From NCBI GenBank assembly GCA_017405445.1, contig JAFRAK010000039.1, positions 66,773 through 130,772 on the forward strand: a stretch of DNA of 64,000 nt. Reading direction: 5' to 3'. The notes under the pieces were generated by a model that worked only from the letters and a program-made list of their open reading frames with translations, was not told where the DNA came from and did not search any database. Made by a program: the position numbers and the translations under genes. Each line of letters opens with the position of its first letter. Position 1 is the first letter of the stretch. This document shows positions 1 through 9,852 of this stretch, in pieces. The DNA is from Bacilli bacterium (lineage in GTDB: Bacteria > Bacillota_I > Bacilli_A > RF39 > UBA660).

Positions 1-1
1 T

Positions 2-436
2 ACTAAAGTAGTTTTAGATAATGGAGTGGAGGTAAAACATTTCATTGCTGGAATATTTACTATAACTGAAGACAAAAAATTTGAAATCGTTTTAGATGGA
101 TTTGCAAATGCTGAAAAAGCAGATGCTGCATTATCAGAATTTACATTAAGAGCAGAACAAGACAAAATAGTAGAACAGTTTGAGAAACTAGTTTATAAAG
201 AGAATCCTACTAAAACAGAGCAAAATAAATTAGACAAATTACAAGAGCAGATAAATGAAATGGCTAATAAAATTGATAATGCTCCTAAGTATGATGAATT
301 AGTAATTGAAACTATAACAGTAGAAATACCATATACAGAAGATATAAAAATTACTGATGAATATATCATAGAAGAGCTTTTAAAACTAAACATATTTAAT
401 GGAGCAGTTAAATATGAAGTTAAGAAAGGAGAATAA
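2..436 (+). CDS. hypothetical protein; frame is open to the window edge, so possibly 5'-partial
   Basis: The ORF frame has no stop from nt 2 and no convincing SD before the GTG at 26. It is tightly packed with the next gene. Confidence 0.5.
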   Translation, partial: TKVVLDNGVEVKHFIAGIFTITEDKKFEIVLDGFANAEKADAALSEFTLRAEQDKIVEQFEKLVYKENPTKTEQNKLDKLQEQINEMANKIDNAPKYDELVIETITVEIPYTEDIKITDEYIIEELLKLNIFNGAVKYEVKKGE

Positions 437-438
437 TT

Positions 439-852
439 ATGGCATTACAAAAAGAAATAGAATTAACTAATGGAGTTAAAGTTAACTATCATAGAATACA
501 GAGAGTAGAATATAATTTAGTAAGAAATCAAACTATAGTTCACATAGAAAGTTATGTTAATAAAGATATAAGAGAAGAATCAAAAAGAGTACCGACGTTA
601 AGAAGTGCAGTAGATAGACTAAATCAACAGCTAATATTAGCTAGTGAAAGCAATAATGCAGACTTAGTAAAATCACTAAGAATTAAGATAAATGATTTAT
701 TAGTAGAATATAATGTTAAAGTAAACAAAAGATACTCAGCTAATATGACTCACTTGTATATTGATGGTTTACCAGAAAAAGACTTATCTTTAAAGGGTGT
801 ATATGAGTTAGTAAAAACTTTAGATACATATTCTAAATCAAAAGAGGTGTAA
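439..852 (+). CDS. hypothetical protein (tail/structural module)
   Basis: 137-aa ORF starting 3 nt after the upstream stop with GGAG upstream. No recognisable motif. Confidence 0.6.
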   Translation: MALQKEIELTNGVKVNYHRIQRVEYNLVRNQTIVHIESYVNKDIREESKRVPTLRSAVDRLNQQLILASESNNADLVKSLRIKINDLLVEYNVKVNKRYSANMTHLYIDGLPEKDLSLKGVYELVKTLDTYSKSKEV

Positions 853-855
853 AAT

Positions 856-1500
856 ATGAGAAAAACTTTAAAATCAGAAATATTAGGTTTAGTAGATATT
901 AAAAATAGTTATGTAGAACTTAAACTTAGTGATTTATTTATAGGGAATAAAAAGTACATGAATATATCTGCAAAAGTTAAAATATCTCCTAATAAAGAGC
1001 TAGAAGCTGCACATAGTTTAGAAATATTTACAGTGAAACTATATTTAGATGATGAAGTTATATTCAGAGAAAACGTTCAGGTAGATTTAGCTGAAGAAAC
1101 AGAAAAAATATTTGAGAAAGATATAGAGATGATTAACAGTCAATCAGAAGACAGAATGTTTAAACTAGAAATAGATGACATAAAGAATGGAAAGATAGAT
1201 TATACTTCAGTAAGTGAATTAGTTTCAGTAGAACCAGTGAAAGATTCTAAAGTTTATATAAAATTTGATTATTATAAGAGAGGACTAACTCACAACTTTA
1301 GCTTTTATAGTAATACTAAATCTAAGATATATTTGAAGATGAACAATAATAATTGGAAAGAAATTAAAGAAGGTTTTATGATAGAGGATGCAGATTTAGA
1401 AGGCAAAATAAACTATTTTCAATTATATACTACTGATGAAGAAAACACAAGAATTTATTCAAATATAGTCAGAGTAATCAAGAGTCAATCATCAGAATAA
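856..1500 (+). CDS. hypothetical protein
   Basis: 214-aa ORF with N-terminus MRKTLKSE. It ends ..SSE* inside the TCAGA cassette. Confidence 0.6.
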   Translation: MRKTLKSEILGLVDIKNSYVELKLSDLFIGNKKYMNISAKVKISPNKELEAAHSLEIFTVKLYLDDEVIFRENVQVDLAEETEKIFEKDIEMINSQSEDRMFKLEIDDIKNGKIDYTSVSELVSVEPVKDSKVYIKFDYYKRGLTHNFSFYSNTKSKIYLKMNNNNWKEIKEGFMIEDADLEGKINYFQLYTTDEENTRIYSNIVRVIKSQSSE

Positions 1501-1540
1501 ATTCTAGTACACTTTCAGATTTAATTAAATAAATTATATA
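1492..1540 (+). repeat. TCAGA-hairpin + AT-box intergenic cassette, copy a
   Basis: tcagaataaattcta....tcagatttaattaaataaattatata. Confidence 0.6.
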
Positions 1541-1545
1541 GTAAA

Positions 1546-1577
1546 AATGTAGATTATTTTATGTAATCTGCATTTTT
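1546..1577 (+). terminator. rho-independent terminator
   Basis: 11-bp stem aatgtagatta/taatctgcatt (one G:U pair) followed by a T-run. Confidence 0.6.
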
Positions 1578-1676
1578 GTTATTATAGAATAACTTCTAAT
1601 ATATTATAATAAGAAGAAATATAGATTCGTTGATTAAACGAAAATTATTTTAACTAAATCTTAGGAGGAGTGTTAA

Positions 1677-2381
1677 ATGACATTTGAAACAATTATGAAG
1701 TTTATTGTTGAAACAGGCATTAGTACAGTTATTTCTGGTTTAATGATTTATGTATTTTACAAACTTATAGAAAAGCAGATGAAAGACACAGATAAATTAA
1801 GACAGTCACAAGATGAACAAAGCAAGAAAATATTAGAAAGATTGTTAGAGTACACTCCCTACACTATCACTCCTAAGAAATATGACGAAAATGTAGCGAT
1901 AGACAAAGAGATAAACATCATTCTTCAAAGACTTAAAGACTCTCTTGGTTCATCTAGAGCTTATTTAGTTACATTTCATAATGGAGGTAAAGACTTGAGC
2001 GGATTATCATTCTTAAAAATGAGTATGCGAAATGAGATAACTGCTCCAAGCATTAAACCATTACAACCAGAATTTCAAAATGTTTTTAGAAACACATTAT
2101 CATATCTTTGTAATGAACTTGGAGAAAAAGGATTTTGCTATATTCAAGACTACAAAAACTTAGAAAAAGCAGATTCTAGCTTTTTCGATTTTATGAACTC
2201 AAGAGGAGTAATCAGTATTTATAGTAAAGCTATAAAAGATAATGATAATCACATTATAGGTTTTATAGGTGTAGAGTACATGAGTACACCAGAAGTAAAT
2301 TTAGAGCAAATAGAACATTGCTTAACTGACAAAAAGAACAAAATAGAAGCAATTCTTAATTTAGTTCATAAAGAAAACTAG
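1677..2381 (+). CDS. hypothetical membrane-anchored protein (GAF-like C-terminal region is only a weak impression)
   Basis: AGGAGG SD upstream. Hydrophobic N-terminal helix ISTVISGLMIYVFY. Confidence 0.6.
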   Translation: MTFETIMKFIVETGISTVISGLMIYVFYKLIEKQMKDTDKLRQSQDEQSKKILERLLEYTPYTITPKKYDENVAIDKEINIILQRLKDSLGSSRAYLVTFHNGGKDLSGLSFLKMSMRNEITAPSIKPLQPEFQNVFRNTLSYLCNELGEKGFCYIQDYKNLEKADSSFFDFMNSRGVISIYSKAIKDNDNHIIGFIGVEYMSTPEVNLEQIEHCLTDKKNKIEAILNLVHKEN

Positions 2382-2397
2382 GAAAGGAGAATAGACT

Positions 2398-3078
2398 ATG
2401 TATGCAATGATAAAGGATTCAACTAAAATTTTAATTAACAGACTAGATAGTAATGAAAAAGTTTTACTTCAACAGATAGCAGAAAATTCTAAAAATGCTG
2501 AAATAGCTTTTTCTGAGTTAGATGGAGAAACTGGAGATTTTGATGGTGTAATTATAAATGTAAATCCAATAGTACCAAAAACAGTAGAACCAACTGAAGC
2601 TATAGAAACTATATTGAAACCTTATAAAAATGAATTATTAACTTATAAATTCCCAGTTCCAGAAGATGTTAATATTTTAATTAAATATGAACATTACGAT
2701 AAATTAGATATTACTTCTATTGGTAATACAATAACTATTAAATCACCGGACATAGTAGAAGATACTTTAAAGTATGAAATTAGAGAAGAAGGATTTGAGC
2801 CTTTATATGGAGAAATTAAAATAGAAGTAGTTGAAAGAACAGAAGCAATAGTTACATTAAGTGTAACTCCAGAACCAGACAGATTAGTAGTTTTAGATAA
2901 TAATGATACTATGATAAAAGTTGAAGAAGATGGAACTTATCTATTACCACTAGGTGTTTATAGATACAAAGCTTCTAAATTAGATTATAAACAAAAAGAA
3001 GAAGAGTTTGAAATAACTCAAGAAGATATAGACCAGATAAATATTACTATAGATATAGAGTTAGAGCCAAAAGACTAG
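2398..3078 (+). CDS. hypothetical protein (tail/baseplate module)
   Basis: 226-aa ORF with AAGGAG SD upstream. Confidence 0.6.
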   Translation: MYAMIKDSTKILINRLDSNEKVLLQQIAENSKNAEIAFSELDGETGDFDGVIINVNPIVPKTVEPTEAIETILKPYKNELLTYKFPVPEDVNILIKYEHYDKLDITSIGNTITIKSPDIVEDTLKYEIREEGFEPLYGEIKIEVVERTEAIVTLSVTPEPDRLVVLDNNDTMIKVEEDGTYLLPLGVYRYKASKLDYKQKEEEFEITQEDIDQINITIDIELEPKD

Positions 3079-3091
3079 GAGGTAGATAATT

Positions 3092-3301
3092 ATGGGATTA
3101 TTTATTTTAACTGCATCTGGAAAACCTCAAAATCTTTTATTATTACAATATGTAAAAGCTATAGAATCAGAAAAAGAACCTGGTAAATATGCTTTAGCTT
3201 ATATTCAAGCTGATGGAGAAATATTTGAAGATACACTTTATGGTACAATGGCAGAGGCAGAAGCAGCTGCAAATGAAATTAGAGAAGAATTATTAAGTTA
3301 G
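3092..3301 (+). CDS. small protein paralogous to the N-terminal domain of the giant fibre
   Basis: MGLFILTASGKPQNLLLLQYV aligns with MGLFIQRDDGKPVNVTLIQTV of the next gene. Confidence 0.6.
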   Translation: MGLFILTASGKPQNLLLLQYVKAIESEKEPGKYALAYIQADGEIFEDTLYGTMAEAEAAANEIREELLS

Positions 3302-3316
3302 GAGGTATACATAGAA

Positions 3317-6300
3317 ATGGGATTATTCATTCAAAGAGATGATGGCAAGCCAGTAAATGTTACATTGATTCAAACTGTAGTTATAAATCCAGAAGATTCA
3401 ACTCAAGTTTTATGGTATTTTAAGAATGACGAAACATATATTGAATCATTTAGTAGTGCAGCTTCAGCTAACAGTAGATTAGAAGAAGTTATAGACTTAC
3501 TTCTTAATTCTGGTGGAGGCGGTGGAGAATCAGCTGGTGGGGTTGTTCAAAGAGATTATAAATCAGAATTCCCTATACCAGGAAACTCAAAATATATTTA
3601 TATTGAAAGAAGCACTGGTATAACTTATTACTGGAATGCTGCTCAGCAAAAATACGTAGCAGTAGGTGAATCTGGTACTACTGGAACTTATATGTATAAT
3701 GATAAGCTTAACAGTACTCTAGGTGGAACTAAAGTAATAGATAAAGCTGATTTAACAGCTATTATAGAACCATCTACACCTTATTTAGAAGGTTCTTTAG
3801 TTATAGATATAAATTCTAATGAAGGTATGATAACTTCTATTAGTGCTAGTAACGTAAACGTAGTTACTACTTATGTTTCAGTTACTAAATCTTTTGATGC
3901 AGTAGCTAATATAGCTAGTTTACCTACAAATCATAGAGAAGAAGTATTATATTATGTAAAAGATATAAATGAATTTAGACTATGGAGTTCTACTAAAAAT
4001 GCTTATATAGAACCTATGAAAACTATGATAACAGTAGACTCACCAGTAGCTTCAGCTAAGAAGGATACTTTATACATAATTGATGGTATTATGAAATACA
4101 CTACAGATAATATAAATTGGATTTATATAAATACAGATATAAATAAATATCAAAAGAATACTGCATACAAAAAGGGAGCTTTGTTATACTTAGATAATTA
4201 TTTAGTTAAAGCTACTAAAGACTTTACATCTTCTAATCTAACTTTACCGATAGAAGCACTTAAGAAAGATATTGAAGATTTAAATTTAGAAGTTATAATA
4301 GAAGATAAAGAAATACCAACAGTAGATGAATATCGTATTAGTACAGCTTATAAGAAAGATAAATTGTTGTACTTAAATAACAATTTAGTTAAAGCTACTA
4401 GAGATTTTACATCTGACAGTAATGTCGATATAAATTTAGCTTTTGAAAGAGATATTACTTTAGGAAATTTAGAAGTTATAATAGAAGATAAAGAAATACC
4501 AACAATCGATAAATATGCTAAAAATACTGAATATAAAAAAGATAAAGTATTATACTATGGAAATAACGTAGTTAAAGCATTGAAAGATTTTACATCTGAT
4601 AATACTCAAACAGAAATAATAGATGCTTTAAAGAAGGATGTAGAACTTTTAAATGTAGAATATATAGTAGAAGAACCAGTAATGCCTACTATAGATGAAT
4701 ATGAAAAGAATACAGCTTACAAGACAGAAAAAGTATTATACTATAACAATACAGTGGTTAAAGCTATTAGAGACTTTACATCTGATAATGTAGAAGTAAA
4801 CAAAGAAGACGCATTTAAGAAAGATATAAGATTAGGAAATTTAGTAGTTATAACTGAAAATCCAGTAGCTGATAGATACACTCAAAATACAGCTTATAAG
4901 AAAGATAAACTATTATATTTAGGAAATAATTTAGTTAAAGCTTTAAAAGACTTCATCTCTGACAATACTGAAACAGAAGCTATAGATTCTTTGAAAAAAG
5001 ATGTTGAGTTATTGAATCTAGAATATATAATAGAAGAAATACCAGTAGAATTTCCAACTACTGATATGTACGCACAAGACACAGATTATAAAGCAGAAAA
5101 ATTATTATATTATAATAACACTTTAGTAAAAGTTTTATCTGATTTTCATTCTGATGATACAGAAGTTGAAGCATTAGACTCTTTTAATAAAGACATAGAA
5201 GATGGTAACTTAGAAGTAATAGTAGTTAGTCATGATGAAGAGAAAGTAGATAAAGCTGTAGCAACAGATACAAATAATAAGATAATAGGTAAAGTAGAAG
5301 CAACTCAAGAGACTGGAGAAAATGATTTAACATTCACTAAAACGCTTTTAGATGTAACAGATAATACTTCAGAAGATGTTGCAACTACTATAACATCTTC
5401 AAATAATTCTATAAGTTTTGAAGTTAGAGAAACAGCTGGTGGTAAAGAAATAGATATCACTTCTAAAATTTATTTTGTAGCAGTAAATACTTTAAATGAT
5501 TTACCAGTTACAGGTAGTGTAGATACACTTTACTATGTAAAAGATATCAGAGAATTAAGAGTTTGGACAGGTGTAGCTTATGTAGAACCAGTTAAAACAC
5601 TTATAACTACTGATACTACTGCAGCTTTAGCTAAACTTAATACTTTATATGTGATAGATGGTATAGCTAAATTCACTACTGATAATATTAACTGGAAATA
5701 TTTATTATTAGACATAGATGAATATGCACAAGACACAGATTATTATGAAGGTAAGTTATTATATTATCATAATACTCTAGTAAAAGTTTTAACTGATTTT
5801 CATTCTGATGATACTGAAGCTACTACACAAGAATCTTTCGATAAAGACATAGAAGATGATAGTTTAGAAATAATTGTTAGAAGTGAAGACGAAACTAAAG
5901 TAGATAAAATAGTAGCAGCAAACACAAATAACAAAATAGTTGGAAACATAGAAGTAGCACAAGATACAACAAATGTAGAAGATTTAAACGTTACTAAAAC
6001 GCTTTTAGATGTAACAGATAATACTTCATCTGAAAAACACACTATAATTACTTCTTCAGATGAATCTGTATCATTTGAAGCAGAAACAGACTCATTAACT
6101 GGAGTTACTACAGTAGATATTACTTCTAAAAAACTATTTAAAGTTGTAAATACTTTAGCTAATTTACCAGTTGAAGGAGATTTAGATACACTTTACTATG
6201 TAAAAGACATAAATGAACTTAGAGTTTGGACTGGAACAGTTTATGTAGAGCCTGTTAAAACTTTAATCACTACAGATACAACAGTAGCAAATGCAAAGTT

Positions 6301-7738
6301 AAATACTTTATATGTAGTAAATGGAGTAGCTAAATTTACTAGAGACAATATTAACTGGGAATACTTAGTATTAGATATAGCAGAATATGCACAAGACACT
6401 ACTTACTATGCTGGAAGATTAGTATATTACCATAATACTTTAGCAGTTTCTTTACTAAACTTTACTTCTGATAATACAGAAACAACAGTTCAAGAATCTT
6501 TCAATAAAGATATTACCGATGAAAACTTAAAAATAATTGTTAGAAGTGAAGATGAACTTAAAGTAGATAAAGCTGTAGCAGATGATACAAATCATAAAAT
6601 ACTTGGAAGTTCAGAAGTAGAATTGAATTCAATAACTGAAGAGTTAGAAATAACTAAAAAGATTTTAGACGTTACAGATAATACTTCACAAGAAAAGAAA
6701 ATAAAAGTTAAATCTACTAATAATGCAGTTACTTTTGCACTAGAAGTAGACCCTATAACTGGAGTAACTACAATAGATATAGATGCTATAAAATATTTAG
6801 TAAGAGTAGCTAGTTTAGCTAATTTACCAGTTGAAGGTAGTGAAAATGCAATATACTATATAGAAGATATAACTGAATTAAGAATATGGGATTCTACTAA
6901 TGAGGTTTATATAGAGCCGGTTCATACAATAATAACTGATGTAGTACCTGTAGCTACAGCAAAATTAAATACTTTATATGTAACACCTAATTCTATAAAA
7001 TATACTTCAGATAATGTAAAGTGGAATTATTTAGCTTCTGAGGTATCAGAATACATTCAGGGACAAGATTATTTCAAAAATATGATATTATATTATAATA
7101 ACGTTTTAGTTAAAGTAGTTGATGATTTTACATCAGATGATACAGAGAGTACAGTTCAAGAATCATTTGATAAAGATATAGAAGATGAAAACTTATTACA
7201 AATTATAGATGGAAATAATTGTGAAGTACCAGTTACTAATATCTATGATTTAACATCTCAAATAGATGGAACTACTCAGATATTTAATATAGATTCAAAC
7301 ATTAAATCAACAGATACAATATTAGCTTTCTATGCAGGTCAACATTTAATAGAGGATGTTAATTATGAAGTAGATTATGATAATCATACTTTAACTACTT
7401 TATTAGATGAAGCACCTAATACTAGAGAAAACAAACACTTATATTTAATTGTTGGAACTATATCTGGAAAACAAGAACAAGAAAATACTTTCAAGAGAAG
7501 TATAGATTTAGAGCAAACAAACTGGGTAGCAGCTGGAACAAAATATGCTTATACAATATCTGACAGTAAAGTAAAAGCTACTAGTGTAGTTAAAGTTAGT
7601 TACAAATCTACATCTGTAGAAGACGCTTTAGCTGCAGATATAAAAGATATAATATCAGTTAGCAATGGACAATTTACAATTTATGCTGAAAGTCAACCTA
7701 GTGAAGACATTTCAATAAATTATATTATATTTAGATAA
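3317..7738 (+). CDS. giant repeat-containing tail fibre-like protein (1473 aa)
   Basis: GGGGG linker after the N-terminal domain. About nine copies of a ~60-aa unit (NTAYKKDKLLYL.NNLVKA.KDFTSDN...KKD.E.LNLE.I) and three tandem ~220-aa units. Located in the fibre module. Confidence 0.7.
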   Translation: MGLFIQRDDGKPVNVTLIQTVVINPEDSTQVLWYFKNDETYIESFSSAASANSRLEEVIDLLLNSGGGGGESAGGVVQRDYKSEFPIPGNSKYIYIERSTGITYYWNAAQQKYVAVGESGTTGTYMYNDKLNSTLGGTKVIDKADLTAIIEPSTPYLEGSLVIDINSNEGMITSISASNVNVVTTYVSVTKSFDAVANIASLPTNHREEVLYYVKDINEFRLWSSTKNAYIEPMKTMITVDSPVASAKKDTLYIIDGIMKYTTDNINWIYINTDINKYQKNTAYKKGALLYLDNYLVKATKDFTSSNLTLPIEALKKDIEDLNLEVIIEDKEIPTVDEYRISTAYKKDKLLYLNNNLVKATRDFTSDSNVDINLAFERDITLGNLEVIIEDKEIPTIDKYAKNTEYKKDKVLYYGNNVVKALKDFTSDNTQTEIIDALKKDVELLNVEYIVEEPVMPTIDEYEKNTAYKTEKVLYYNNTVVKAIRDFTSDNVEVNKEDAFKKDIRLGNLVVITENPVADRYTQNTAYKKDKLLYLGNNLVKALKDFISDNTETEAIDSLKKDVELLNLEYIIEEIPVEFPTTDMYAQDTDYKAEKLLYYNNTLVKVLSDFHSDDTEVEALDSFNKDIEDGNLEVIVVSHDEEKVDKAVATDTNNKIIGKVEATQETGENDLTFTKTLLDVTDNTSEDVATTITSSNNSISFEVRETAGGKEIDITSKIYFVAVNTLNDLPVTGSVDTLYYVKDIRELRVWTGVAYVEPVKTLITTDTTAALAKLNTLYVIDGIAKFTTDNINWKYLLLDIDEYAQDTDYYEGKLLYYHNTLVKVLTDFHSDDTEATTQESFDKDIEDDSLEIIVRSEDETKVDKIVAANTNNKIVGNIEVAQDTTNVEDLNVTKTLLDVTDNTSSEKHTIITSSDESVSFEAETDSLTGVTTVDITSKKLFKVVNTLANLPVEGDLDTLYYVKDINELRVWTGTVYVEPVKTLITTDTTVANAKLNTLYVVNGVAKFTRDNINWEYLVLDIAEYAQDTTYYAGRLVYYHNTLAVSLLNFTSDNTETTVQESFNKDITDENLKIIVRSEDELKVDKAVADDTNHKILGSSEVELNSITEELEITKKILDVTDNTSQEKKIKVKSTNNAVTFALEVDPITGVTTIDIDAIKYLVRVASLANLPVEGSENAIYYIEDITELRIWDSTNEVYIEPVHTIITDVVPVATAKLNTLYVTPNSIKYTSDNVKWNYLASEVSEYIQGQDYFKNMILYYNNVLVKVVDDFTSDDTESTVQESFDKDIEDENLLQIIDGNNCEVPVTNIYDLTSQIDGTTQIFNIDSNIKSTDTILAFYAGQHLIEDVNYEVDYDNHTLTTLLDEAPNTRENKHLYLIVGTISGKQEQENTFKRSIDLEQTNWVAAGTKYAYTISDSKVKATSVVKVSYKSTSVEDALAADIKDIISVSNGQFTIYAESQPSEDISINYIIFR
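4144..7200 (+). repeat. nested coding repeats of the giant fibre: six tandem ~60-aa units (about 4144-5230), then three ~660-nt units (about 5218-5873, 5874-6533, 6534-7200)
   Basis: Protein-level periodicity, e.g. IVRSEDE.KVDK..A..TN.KI.G at 5874 and 6534. Unit boundaries are approximate. Confidence 0.75.
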
Positions 7739-7754
7739 AGGAGGAAAGTAGAAT

Positions 7755-9791
7755 ATGGCAACAACAAAAATTTCAGTACAACAACTATCTGATGAATTAT
7801 TCAAATTAGTTGGTAGAAATTATTTATTTGTTAGTAAAGACGTAGTAACTTTTAATGCTACAAGTATAGATTTATCTAAAGCCAATTTTACAAATGCAGA
7901 AGGTTTAGAGCCAGAATGGAAAGAAGTTAATAGAGCAGCTTTCGCATTTGTTATAGATACTTCTAATAATGTCATTGTAGCAATAGCAAATATTACTGCA
8001 GTAGATTCTACAAACAATGTAATTTCTATAATAGTAAAAGCTAGAGAAGACTCTTTAGTTTACAAAGGTGAAGTTGCAGATAGAGCTCATTTACCTACTA
8101 CTGGAATGGCTACTGGAGATACTTATTATATTCAAGATGAAGCATCTACTACTTACTATAATGGAACTAACTGGATTGATATGAGTGGAGATAAGAGTTC
8201 ATTTATTTGGAAATGTAGCACAGATTTAGCTTCTTCAGTTACAACTCAAGTAACAGTTCCACTAGCTAATTTAACCAGAGTAGATGATAATACTGTAGTC
8301 CCAACATCTAGAGATATGATTATAGGTAAAACTATAATTTATTCTAACGATGGTTATATTGGAACAGTAATCGCATTAGCTGGAACTACTGGAGTAATAG
8401 TAACTAGAATAACTAAAGACACTAAATCAGACGGTATTTATAACACATCAGATGTAATATCAAATGATGTAGGAGATACAACTGAATTAGATGTAAATAA
8501 TATTACTAATATAGATTTAGACAAAGTAGTTTTAAATGAAACTTTGATTTATGATGATGCTGGTACTTTAGCTAAAGTAACAGCTATAGATACAACAAAT
8601 GATACAGTCACTGTAACCACAATTACTAAAGTAAGTGTAGAACCAAGTGATGGAACTTATAAAACTACAGACACTATTTCAACTACAATAGACGCTACTA
8701 CAGTTTTAGATGTTACTAATATAGCTGGATTAGTTCTAGCAAAAGTAGTTATAAATGAAACACAGATATACGATGCAAGCGGAACTGTAGCAATAGTAAC
8801 AGCTATTGATGATACTAACAATGAAATTACAGTTAAAACTATTACTATATCTGATGGTGAAACAATTCAAGTAGAAACATTGCCAACAGCAAGTGCAACA
8901 GAAGAAGATAAGATTTATCAATATATAGGAGCTACAACATCTACTTTAACTAATGGACATTTTTATAAATGTGTAAGTGATGGTGAAGACCCAGCAACAT
9001 ATAGTTGGGAAGAAATAAAATATTCAGCAGAAATATCAGAAAATGAAACTAATGCTATAACTTTATTAAACGATAAAATGTATACTAGAAAAGTTCAATT
9101 AGAAACATTACCAACAGACAAAGAAGAATATGAAGGAATGCTAGTTCAATATATAGGAACAACTACAGCTAATTATACTAATGGTTACTTTTATAAATGT
9201 CAAGAAGTAGCAGGTAGTGACCCTAAAGAATATGAATGGATTCAAGCTTTAACTCAAGAACAAGAAGATGGTGTACCTCATTGGAGTGGTACAAGAGCAG
9301 AATATGAAGTTGTAAAAGATACACTTCCTGTAGGAACTTATGTAAGTTTTACAGACGATTATGATGAAGGACTTGAAGTAGTAGATGTTGTTGAAGAAGA
9401 TAATATGAATCCTGTTACAAGCAACGCAGTGTATGAGTTTGTTAAACCACCTCTTGAACAAACAATGTCTGTTGATGTTACAAAAGGTGAAGGTGAAGTA
9501 ATTTGTGAACTTACAGCACAGGAAGACGGTATGTACATGGTAATTTTCTGTGCATATATAACACATAATAATACAGGTAATTATACATATCTTATTACAA
9601 CTACGCAGAATGGCTTGTATAATTATCAGGTTCATTTACCTGACACTGGTTTGTGGCAGACATACGTTGGCTACCTTGGGCTTAGAAAAAATGAAAAAGC
9701 ACAAATCAAATGTCTTAGTGGTCTTGGTAATTATCAGGCAACGTATCATGGTTCATATAGAATGATTAAATTTGCTGAATTACCAGCATAA
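7755..9791 (+). CDS. tail fibre-like protein with internal repeats
   Basis: Repeated ~70-aa units (DG.Y.T.D.IS....T..LDV.NI......KVV.NET.IYD..GT.A.VTAID) and a duplicated LETLPT...QYIG.TT...TNG.FYKC motif. The 3' third is more GC-rich. Confidence 0.65.
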   Translation: MATTKISVQQLSDELFKLVGRNYLFVSKDVVTFNATSIDLSKANFTNAEGLEPEWKEVNRAAFAFVIDTSNNVIVAIANITAVDSTNNVISIIVKAREDSLVYKGEVADRAHLPTTGMATGDTYYIQDEASTTYYNGTNWIDMSGDKSSFIWKCSTDLASSVTTQVTVPLANLTRVDDNTVVPTSRDMIIGKTIIYSNDGYIGTVIALAGTTGVIVTRITKDTKSDGIYNTSDVISNDVGDTTELDVNNITNIDLDKVVLNETLIYDDAGTLAKVTAIDTTNDTVTVTTITKVSVEPSDGTYKTTDTISTTIDATTVLDVTNIAGLVLAKVVINETQIYDASGTVAIVTAIDDTNNEITVKTITISDGETIQVETLPTASATEEDKIYQYIGATTSTLTNGHFYKCVSDGEDPATYSWEEIKYSAEISENETNAITLLNDKMYTRKVQLETLPTDKEEYEGMLVQYIGTTTANYTNGYFYKCQEVAGSDPKEYEWIQALTQEQEDGVPHWSGTRAEYEVVKDTLPVGTYVSFTDDYDEGLEVVDVVEEDNMNPVTSNAVYEFVKPPLEQTMSVDVTKGEGEVICELTAQEDGMYMVIFCAYITHNNTGNYTYLITTTQNGLYNYQVHLPDTGLWQTYVGYLGLRKNEKAQIKCLSGLGNYQATYHGSYRMIKFAELPA

Positions 9792-9852
9792 AGGAGAAAA
9801 TGAATTATGAGTGTTAATATAAAATATAGAAAGGAGAAAATGAATTATGAGT
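9791..9852 (+). repeat. duplicated gene junction (22-nt SD+ATG unit twice, 40-nt period) leaving an 18-codon stub ORF
   Basis: aaggagaaaatgaattatgagt occurs at 9791-9812 and 9831-9852. Confidence 0.85.

Noticed and set aside
4144-7200. Regularly spaced repeats that could suggest a CRISPR array or satellite DNA.
   Set aside because: The repeats are in-frame, diverged protein-coding units inside one long ORF. There is no short identical repeat with unique spacers anywhere in the window.
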